Part shown: piece after piece, positions 1-7,312 of the stretch
Numbering within the stretch: the first letter of the stretch is position 1
Layout of the letters: the number at the start of each line of letters is the position of its first letter
Origin: an uncultured Sangeribacter sp.
Lineage (GTDB): Bacteria; Bacteroidota; Bacteroidia; Bacteroidales; Muribaculaceae
Assembly: GCA_964512705.1 (NCBI GenBank)
Contig: CAZEJY010000006.1
Location: 8,613 to 72,612, forward strand
Direction: 5' to 3'
DNA: 64,000 nt
The notes under the pieces: generated by a model
The model's input: only the letters and a program-made list of their open reading frames with translations
Databases searched by the model: none
Told to the model about the DNA's origin: nothing
Program-made: the position numbers and the translations under genes

Positions 1-467
1 AAGTAAGTAGCGCCACAACGTTTTGATGCTGAATAGGCTGCTAATTGACCGATTCCATTAGTTCCGGCAACACTGGTCACCGCAACAATCTGACCCTTTC
101 GTCCTGACTTCTTGAAGTAGTCATAGGCTGCAGAAGTCATTCTCACTAAACCGGTCGCGTTAGTAGTAATAACGTCCGCTTCTTTATTTGGATCGAGCTC
201 TGTGTTTGACACACCAATTCCTGAAACGTGAATATAAATATCCATACCTCCAAGGCGTTCGATCAGCTCATCAAGATGTGTCGGAGCATCGCGATGAGTT
301 ATGTCTATGGATTTATATTCTACTTGCTCCGGATACTTTTTGGAAAGCTTAAGCAATGTTTCAGTGTGACGAGAAGCGAGTCCCAAACGCATACCTCGCG
401 AAAGAAGAGCCTCCGCCAAATGCAGTCCTATTCCTGAGGACGCTCCCATTATTATTATCTTTTTCAT
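1..467 (-). CDS. SDR family NAD(P)-dependent oxidoreductase (partial, runs off window start)
   Basis: Manual translation from ATG at 467: MKKIIIMGASSGIGLHLAEA (GxxxGIG Rossmann motif), later VTSVAG...AAYSASK (YxxxK). Not in the ORF track because it is truncated. Confidence 0.9.
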   Translation of the reverse strand, partial: MKKIIIMGASSGIGLHLAEALLSRGMRLGLASRHTETLLKLSKKYPEQVEYKSIDITHRDAPTHLDELIERLGGMDIYIHVSGIGVSNTELDPNKEADVITTNATGLVRMTSAAYDYFKKSGRKGQIVAVTSVAGTNGIGQLAAYSASKRCGATY

Positions 468-611
468 AAACAATAAATTTAATATTTTATCTTTTAAACA
501 ATTTAAGAATAGAGTTTGTTAGAATTATAAAAGAAGTTCAATAATTTCACCTATTGGGGCTTCTCTGAAAATTGAAATATATTATTGTAAAATTATAAAA
601 ATCTTAAAACT

Positions 612-770
612 ATGAGACACGAACATGAACATGAGCATTGTCACGCTGCTCTTCACATCGGATTTGAAATCAGTAAACTTATCCTTAAAGGTGTAGCTGC
701 AACAGCTGCCGTTTGCATTGCCAAGAATCTTTACAAGGTTCATAAGAGCATTGAGGAACATCGCAAATAA
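612..770 (+). CDS. Small His-rich hypothetical protein (52 aa)
   Basis: Manual translation MRHEHEHEHCHAALHIGFEISKLILKGVAATAAVCIAKNLYKVHKSIEEHRK*. A-rich leader (ttaaaact) before the ATG and a terminator-like hairpin after it. Confidence 0.7.
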   Translation: MRHEHEHEHCHAALHIGFEISKLILKGVAATAAVCIAKNLYKVHKSIEEHRK

Positions 771-804
771 TCAGGAGGATGATGTTTCATCCAATATAAA
801 ATAC

Positions 805-846
805 ACTGTGTGTCAAACAATTGAGTTTTGACACACAGTTTTTTTT
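805..846 (+). terminator. GTGTCAAA-family hairpin with T-tract (copy A)
   Basis: actgtgtgtcaaa / tttgacacacagt inverted repeat followed by a T run. Confidence 0.75.
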
Positions 847-921
847 AATTTTAAATCATAGACTCTTTTTATTCTTCTGTATTTTAGCATTATCTTTGCT
901 ACTCAATCAATATAACTCATT

Positions 922-1701
922 ATGATCATATATTTTTCGGGAACTGGAAACAGTAGATATATCGCAAAATCAATCGGTAAAAATATAGAAGAAGAAGTTA
1001 ATGCGCTGACAGATACCTCCCCTCTTGATTTGGAATTCAAAGGTAATAGTCTTGGGATTATAACCCCGATTTACTCCTGGGGAATACCTCCAATCGTGCT
1101 CCAATATATAAGGAACTTGAATGAAAATTTTGTAACAGAAGTTTCGAAAATCCCTCTATGGATTATTCTCGTGTGCGGTGATGAAACTGGTAAGGCTCCC
1201 GACATGATAAAAAAGGAATTATACCGAAGGAATTTGTACATATCCGGAGGCTGGAGCATCCAGATGCCGAATAATTATGTTATCCTACCGGGATTCAACG
1301 TGGATTCAAAGGAGCTTGAGAAAAAGAAGATTGAAGACTCTAAATCAATTATCGCTGAATTATCAAAAAGAATAAAGGATGGCAATTGGGAAGAGAAGTT
1401 TGTAGAAGGTTCAATGCCCCGACTGAAAACAAGCCTAATCTATCCACTCTTTAAACGCTGGGGAATTTTTCCGAACCGTTGGAGACATACGGATAAGTGT
1501 ATCTCCTGCGGTAAATGTGCACAAGCCTGTCCTGTTGAAAACATAACCATGAAACCAGAAGAATCTTCTAATAAAATATTCCCTATTTGGGGCTCGAACT
1601 GCACAAGTTGTTTAGCTTGTTTTCACATTTGCCCGGTGAATGCCGTACAATATGGTAACGCTACAAAAAAGAAAGGCCAATACTTCTTCAAATATAAGTA
1701 G
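922..1701 (+). CDS. EFR1-family flavodoxin/ferredoxin fusion protein
   Basis: N-terminal YFSGTGNS flavodoxin motif; two CxxCxxCxxxCP 4Fe-4S motifs; TATCTTTG -7 element at 891-898. Confidence 0.9.
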   Translation: MIIYFSGTGNSRYIAKSIGKNIEEEVNALTDTSPLDLEFKGNSLGIITPIYSWGIPPIVLQYIRNLNENFVTEVSKIPLWIILVCGDETGKAPDMIKKELYRRNLYISGGWSIQMPNNYVILPGFNVDSKELEKKKIEDSKSIIAELSKRIKDGNWEEKFVEGSMPRLKTSLIYPLFKRWGIFPNRWRHTDKCISCGKCAQACPVENITMKPEESSNKIFPIWGSNCTSCLACFHICPVNAVQYGNATKKKGQYFFKYK

Positions 1702-1740
1702 CTTATAAAATTTATCTGTAACTTAATTCGGTTAAGATTC

Positions 1741-1779
1741 AGTCGGTGTGTCAAAATTTTCTAATTTGACACACCGATT
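1741..1779. repeat. GTGTCAAA-family hairpin (copy B)
   Basis: tcggtgtgtcaaa / tttgacacaccga. Confidence 0.75.
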
Positions 1780-1964
1780 AATTTTGAGAGGGTGCTTTCG
1801 GAATGGTTAGGTAGTAGTTATGACACAACTTAATATTTTATTTTTATTTAATATTTTTAAATAAAAATACTATTTATTTTTGGACGGAATATAGAAATTT
1901 ATTAATTTTACCGATGTAAATCAAAGAAGGGGTGATTACACCCTGAGACTATATACGAATTCAA

Positions 1965-2036
1965 ATGACTTTGAATAGATTAACAGAAATAAAACACATA
2001 TTGGTACTCAAATATCGATGGTGGCGCATACTATAA
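1965..2036 (+). CDS. trpL: Tryptophan attenuator leader peptide (23 aa)
   Basis: MTLNRLTEIKHILVLKYRWWRIL*; tandem Trp codons directly upstream of a terminator and a TrpB-like gene. Confidence 0.85.
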   Translation: MTLNRLTEIKHILVLKYRWWRIL

Positions 2037-2133
2037 GAAGTAGCGCCGAGCAATGATATGTAATTATATGCACAAAGATTGTATTTAGGCATCCCGCCCG
2101 GCTCTCTTAATCTCAACAGAGCCGGGCTTTTTT
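2019..2133 (+). promoter_or_regulatory. Transcriptional attenuator (1:2 hairpin, antiterminator, terminator)
   Basis: ggcgcatact/agtagcgcc pause hairpin overlapping the end of the leader; gccgagc can pair with gcccggc; terminator gcccggctct/agagccgggc plus T6 at 2096-2133. Confidence 0.85.
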
Positions 2134-2192
2134 ATTTATTCAAGGAAACAAGCTTTATCCACAAACTCAATAAATTTTATAAATATACATTT

Positions 2193-3554
2193 ATGGACTC
2201 AAAAAAATTCCTTCTTCAAGAGCGTGATATTCCCACCGCATGGTATAATATTTTGGCAGAAATGCCGGTAAAGCCACGCCCAATGCTTAATCCTGCAACA
2301 AAGCAACCGTTGACTCCCGAGGACCTCTATCCACTTTTCACAAAAGCAGCAGCTGATCAAGAGTTAAACATGTCCGACAACTTTATAGAAATACCTGAAG
2401 AGGTAAGGGATATGTATCGAATCTGGAGACCGACACCATTAGTAAGAGCGCGAGGACTGGAAAAAGCACTCGATACTAAGGCACATATATATTTTAAAAA
2501 TGAAAGCGTAAGTCCGGTTGGGTCTCACAAACTAAACTCAGCAATTCCTCAAGCTTATTATGCAAAGAAGGAAGGGATTACCAACCTGACGACCGAAACA
2601 GGTGCCGGACAATGGGGAGCTGCCCTATCATTAGCTACAAAACATTTCGATATAGATTTGGCAGTATACATGGTTAAGGTAAGCTACAATCAGAAACCTT
2701 ACCGAAGATCAATAATGGAAACCTATGGTGCCGAAGTGATTGCTTCACCAAGCATGAGTACTAAAGCCGGAAGAAAAATCATCACAGACAATCCCGGATA
2801 CCAAGGCTCACTCGGCACTGCAATCTCCGAAGCCGTAGAATTAGCCATGAGCACACCCAATTGTAAATATGCTCTCGGATCTGTTCTCAACCACGTTGCG
2901 TTGCATCAGACCGTAATTGGTCTCGAAGCTGAGAAGCAGATGGAGATGGCAGGAGAAACGCCGGATATCGTCATTGGCTGTTTTGGAGGCGGAAGCAACT
3001 TCTCAGGAATCGCATTCCCCTTCCTACGTCATAATTTCTCAGGAGAACGAGCAGCACGATTTATAGCAGCAGAGCCTGAATCTTGTCCCAAATTAACACG
3101 AGGAGTACTTCAGTATGACTTCGGTGATGAAGCAGGCTACACTCCCTTGATTCCAATGTACACTTTAGGACATAATTTCTCGCCGGCTAATATTCACGCC
3201 GGAGGTTTGAGATATCATGGTGCGGGATCTGTTGTCAGTCAGCTACTCTCTCAGGGTCTGATTGAAGCCGTTGATATACCTCAAACCGAGACATTCGCTG
3301 CAGCTCAACTATTTGCACGCACGGAAGGAATTATCCCGGCTCCTGAAAGCAGTCATGCTATTGCAACTGCAATCCGTGAGGCTCTTCGCGCCAATGAAGA
3401 GGGAACGTCTCCCGTAATTCTGTTTAATCTTTCCGGCCATGGACTGATTGACATGGCAGCTTATGACCAATATCATTCCGGTGACTTGGTAGACTACAGC
3501 ATCCCTCAATCTGAGATTGATGCCAACATTTCAACCTTGGAATCGATCATCTAA
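2193..3554 (+). CDS. trpB2: TrpB-like PLP-dependent enzyme (tryptophan synthase beta type 2)
   Basis: GSHKLNSA PLP lysine motif, TETGAGQWG, GGGSN, IHAGGLRYHG. Likely start MDSKKF at 2193, because the ORF-track start at 2079 lies in the attenuator. Confidence 0.92.
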   Translation: MDSKKFLLQERDIPTAWYNILAEMPVKPRPMLNPATKQPLTPEDLYPLFTKAAADQELNMSDNFIEIPEEVRDMYRIWRPTPLVRARGLEKALDTKAHIYFKNESVSPVGSHKLNSAIPQAYYAKKEGITNLTTETGAGQWGAALSLATKHFDIDLAVYMVKVSYNQKPYRRSIMETYGAEVIASPSMSTKAGRKIITDNPGYQGSLGTAISEAVELAMSTPNCKYALGSVLNHVALHQTVIGLEAEKQMEMAGETPDIVIGCFGGGSNFSGIAFPFLRHNFSGERAARFIAAEPESCPKLTRGVLQYDFGDEAGYTPLIPMYTLGHNFSPANIHAGGLRYHGAGSVVSQLLSQGLIEAVDIPQTETFAAAQLFARTEGIIPAPESSHAIATAIREALRANEEGTSPVILFNLSGHGLIDMAAYDQYHSGDLVDYSIPQSEIDANISTLESII

Positions 3555-3599
3555 AGGCTCCGAATCTATATAATATCTGATTCAGTATAGACATTAAGG

Positions 3600-3639
3600 A
3601 TACCGAAGTTGCAAATCAACCTGCAATTTCGGTATTTTT
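3600..3639 (+). terminator. Rho-independent terminator after trpB2
   Basis: ataccgaagttgca / tgcaatttcggtat plus T tract. Confidence 0.7.
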
Positions 3640-3703
3640 ACTTTTCCAAATCTTTATGAGTAGTTAGAATGTTATATTTAAAAGAATCATTTGGAGATTC
3701 ACT

Positions 3704-4993
3704 ATGAGAAACACACATTTATTCATATTGTCTTTGTTATTTGCTACCGGAGTGGGTACTGTTTCGGGTAGCGAGCCATTCGAGAATAGATTTGAAAGTA
3801 AAGATTCCATATCAATCCTGTTTCATCAGGGCAAATCGAATATAGATCTAAACTTTAAAAATAATCGGAGGGCGTTCACACATCTTGACTCGATACTTAA
3901 GGAGGATCGATCAGCTCTGAAAGACATACATATTATAGGAGCAGCCTCACCTGAAGGAGGGGTTGCACTAAACTATAATCTCTCTGACAGACGTGCAGAA
4001 ATTATTCTTTCTCAATTGAGGGAGATGTCGGACTTTGATCCGGCACAGGTAGAAGTTTCTTTTATCGGTCGTGACTGGAAACGTCTTCTTGAATTGGCCC
4101 AGACTGATCACGATATACCGTATAAGGATGAGACTATCGGGTTATTGAGGGATATTGTTAATCAAATTTCTGTCGAGAAAAAAGAGACAGAAAAGGATCA
4201 TAATCTAAATAGGCTTAAAAACTTAGCAAACGGGATTCCCTACAGTTACCTTTATCGTAACATTTTCCCGCAATTGAGAGAATCTCGTCTATATTTCAAT
4301 TATAGAGTTCTTCCTGTTTTTAATGGAGTTCCCTATCTCCCCTATTTGAACGCCACAACACCGGATATAAGCTTGGATTATATCAATTACACTATTATAC
4401 CTGAAAAGAAAGAAGGCAAGAATTTCTACATGGCGCTCAAAACGAATATGCTCTACGATGCGATTCTTCTCCCATCTATCGGTGCAGAGTTCTACTTGGG
4501 AAAGAACTTCTCAGCGGTAGCAAACTGGACTTATGGATGGTGGGATAAAAACAGCTCACATCGCTACTGGAGAGCATACGGAGGTGACATTGCCGTGAGA
4601 TGGTGGTTTGGCAAAGCCGCAGAATTAAAACCTTTGACCGGTCATCACCTTGGAATATATGGAGGAATCAACACTTTTGACTTTGAGTTAGGAGGTAAAG
4701 GTTATATGGGAGGTATTCCGGGCAAAACTCTTTGGGATAGATCCCTGAGAACCTTCGGTGTAGAATATGGTTACTCACTACCTATAGCCAAGCGCCTAAA
4801 CATTGATTTTACACTTGGAATCGGATATTTGGGCGGTAAATATATCAAATATATACCATCGGGTGAAAAATATCTCTGGCAATCAACACACAAACTGAAT
4901 TGGTTTGGACCAACAAAGGCTGAAGTGTCTCTCACATGGTTGATTGGCAATGGCAATTACAATGCTCCCAAGAGGAAAGGAGGTAATCTATGA
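3704..4993 (+). CDS. DUF3575-domain outer membrane protein with N-terminal OmpA-like domain (pilus cluster)
   Basis: Signal peptide, ASPEG...NYNLSDRRA OmpA-like motif, C-terminal ALKTNMLYD...WFGPTKAEVSLTW typical of DUF3575. Confidence 0.85.
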   Translation: MRNTHLFILSLLFATGVGTVSGSEPFENRFESKDSISILFHQGKSNIDLNFKNNRRAFTHLDSILKEDRSALKDIHIIGAASPEGGVALNYNLSDRRAEIILSQLREMSDFDPAQVEVSFIGRDWKRLLELAQTDHDIPYKDETIGLLRDIVNQISVEKKETEKDHNLNRLKNLANGIPYSYLYRNIFPQLRESRLYFNYRVLPVFNGVPYLPYLNATTPDISLDYINYTIIPEKKEGKNFYMALKTNMLYDAILLPSIGAEFYLGKNFSAVANWTYGWWDKNSSHRYWRAYGGDIAVRWWFGKAAELKPLTGHHLGIYGGINTFDFELGGKGYMGGIPGKTLWDRSLRTFGVEYGYSLPIAKRLNIDFTLGIGYLGGKYIKYIPSGEKYLWQSTHKLNWFGPTKAEVSLTWLIGNGNYNAPKRKGGNL

Positions 4994-5991
4994 TTAATAT
5001 TATTCAGAAACTCAGTAAACACAACATACGGAACAATTCTTTGCTTCTTTTGTCAATTGCCGCAGCATCACTCCTTCTCCCCTCTTGTCATCACAAAGAT
5101 CTCGAATTTGATATCGTTGACACTCAGAGTGTAAATGTCGAATTTGATTGGAGGAATGCACCGGATGCAAATCCCGCATCAATGGGTCTGTTTTTGTATT
5201 ATTCAGATGCAGATTTAGAAAACCCCTCAATTCTTTTTGAGTTCCCGAACAAAGTCGGAGGTGAGATAAAAATTCCTGTCGGTAATTTCTCTGGAATTGC
5301 ATTTAACACGGATAATACAGATTGGGTGATAATGAATAATGAAGAAAGTCTTGAGGATTTTGAAATTACTACCCACAATGTTTCTTCATTAACCAAGATT
5401 GGTCCAATCACGAGAGCCATACCTCGTCCTGTGGAAGCCCAAACCGAGCCGGTGAAACAGACACCCGGAATGGTTTGGAGCGCACGTGAGGATGGTATGA
5501 GCTTGTCAATAAACGATAAGGCAAAGACTCTGACGTTCTATCCGGAGGAAGCTGTTTGTCATTATACCGTAGATGTTGTTGATGTAGATAACATTCAATC
5601 CATCGAGGGATCAACTGCGGACGCTACAATTTCCGGAATGGCAGGAGGATATTCACACGGAAAAGGAAGAGCGACATCTACCAAGGTTACTCATCCGTTT
5701 ACCCTTACTGTGGATACTTCCAAAAAATCTCTTCATTCGGAATTTCTCACCTTTGGAGAACCATATGAGAACGCCGGTTCACATTATATATCGTTATATT
5801 TAATCCTTGACGACGGTTCGAAAAATTATTATGAATGCGATGTAACAGACCAGATACGAAACGCTTCTGATCCGCATCACGTACACATAGTTATTCAGGG
5901 TCCTCACTTACCAAAGGCTATTTCAAATGAGGGTGGATTGATACCTAACGTTGACGACTGGACCTACGAGAATATCGATTTGAAAATGTGA
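4990..5991 (+). CDS. DUF5119-family lipoprotein (Mfa2/FimB-like anchor pilin)
   Basis: Lipobox LLPSC-HHKDL, VEFDW motif, C-terminal GGLIPNVDDW; position between DUF3575 and fimbrillin. Confidence 0.8.
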   Translation: MINIIQKLSKHNIRNNSLLLLSIAAASLLLPSCHHKDLEFDIVDTQSVNVEFDWRNAPDANPASMGLFLYYSDADLENPSILFEFPNKVGGEIKIPVGNFSGIAFNTDNTDWVIMNNEESLEDFEITTHNVSSLTKIGPITRAIPRPVEAQTEPVKQTPGMVWSAREDGMSLSINDKAKTLTFYPEEAVCHYTVDVVDVDNIQSIEGSTADATISGMAGGYSHGKGRATSTKVTHPFTLTVDTSKKSLHSEFLTFGEPYENAGSHYISLYLILDDGSKNYYECDVTDQIRNASDPHHVHIVIQGPHLPKAISNEGGLIPNVDDWTYENIDLKM

Positions 5992-6165
5992 TAATAAAAA
6001 GATAAATAATCTGTACATTTTCTAAAACCATACACAACTCTCCAATGTTATATCAATGAATGGGAAACACATATTCACGGTTCCAATTGAATATATCCAA
6101 TTAGATGCACTCAATGGTCCATGTGATTAACTAAATATTAAAATTAAAAAAAACACATATATACT

Positions 6166-7212
6166 ATGAAAAAGACATATCTATTCTTAGGAGCACTTGC
6201 TTTGTTAGGGTTTGCTTCATGTTCTGATGAGGAGGTCGCAAACATTAATGATAATTTAACCGCAATTAGTTTCCGTCCCTCAATGGGAACTCGTGCTGAG
6301 GAAACTACAAATGCCAATTTAACGGAATTCAACGCTATTTCATTTTTAGGAGATGACGTATATTTCGACACGATTCCCTTTAGGAAAGATGGAAGCGGAT
6401 TCTTTGTATCAAATCCGGAATACAATTTCCCCGGTGATAATTCTCAGTTGAATTTCTACGCATACGCCCCCGCTACGATCAATGGCAAATTCACTTTTGC
6501 TTCAGATAAGAAAACATTGGAGGGCTTCTCTCCGGCTGCAGAAGGTAAAAATCAGGTAGATTTCATCACAGCAAATGCTACAGGCACAAATACAGCAAAT
6601 GGTGCCTCAGGAGTGCCTTTAACATTCCAGCACCGTCTTGCACAGATTGTCGTTCTTGCTAAAACAGATAATACAGCATACACTTATAAAGTATCCGGTG
6701 TTCGCGTTGGTCAGCCCGTTTCACAAGGTGATTTTGATTTCACAACCGAAGCTTGGACACTTGGTACTCAGAAGAGTGATTATTCCGAGGAGTTCACAGC
6801 TAATCCTGTAACCTTGGGTTCCACAGCACAATCAGTAATGGGTGATGCAGGTTCCTTCATGCTTCTTCCTCAAGCATTGACAGCATGGAATCCTGAAAGT
6901 GATGCTTCCAATACAGCAGGTGGTGCATACCTTTCCATACTTCTGAACATTAATACAAAAGCAGGAGCACAAGTTTATCCTTTCCCATCCAATGGTGACT
7001 GCAAATGGGCAGCAATTCCAATCTCAACCAACTGGGAAGCCGGAAAGAAATATATTTATACTCTTGACTTGACCAACGGTGCCGGCAATGTGGATCCTAA
7101 GGATCCTGATCCGGGTAAACCTGTTCTTGGTGGTCCGATTAAATTCAGTGTAACCGTAACAGACTGGACTGATACACCGGTAAACACTCCAATGACACCC
7201 GGAATCAAATAA
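6166..7212 (+). CDS. Fimbrillin-family type V pilin (Mfa1-like, probable shaft)
   Basis: Lipobox GFASC, AISFR..TRA Arg processing site, LTFQHRLAQI, WEAGKKYIYTL, C-terminal IKFSVTVTDW. Confidence 0.88.
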   Translation: MKKTYLFLGALALLGFASCSDEEVANINDNLTAISFRPSMGTRAEETTNANLTEFNAISFLGDDVYFDTIPFRKDGSGFFVSNPEYNFPGDNSQLNFYAYAPATINGKFTFASDKKTLEGFSPAAEGKNQVDFITANATGTNTANGASGVPLTFQHRLAQIVVLAKTDNTAYTYKVSGVRVGQPVSQGDFDFTTEAWTLGTQKSDYSEEFTANPVTLGSTAQSVMGDAGSFMLLPQALTAWNPESDASNTAGGAYLSILLNINTKAGAQVYPFPSNGDCKWAAIPISTNWEAGKKYIYTLDLTNGAGNVDPKDPDPGKPVLGGPIKFSVTVTDWTDTPVNTPMTPGIK

Positions 7213-7218
7213 GCTCAA

Positions 7219-7290
7219 ATCTTTATATAAAAGATATATTAGGGTAGATCCCCTATAAATCTGCAGGAAGTTGGATCTCTTCCTGCAGAT
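7219..7290 (+). promoter_or_regulatory. Intra-operon stem-loops between the two pilin genes
   Basis: Perfect 12 bp stem atctgcaggaag/cttcctgcagat (7259-7290) preceded by two weaker hairpins; no T tract. Confidence 0.55.
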
Positions 7291-7312
7291 ACCAATATTC
7301 AAAACATTCACT

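Noticed and set aside
228-437. 69 aa plus-strand ORF
   Set aside because: Antisense shadow of the SDR gene, which has clear motifs on the minus strand
2079-2192. N-terminal extension of TrpB2 in the ORF track
   Set aside because: It overlaps the attenuator terminator; family-like sequence begins at ATG 2193
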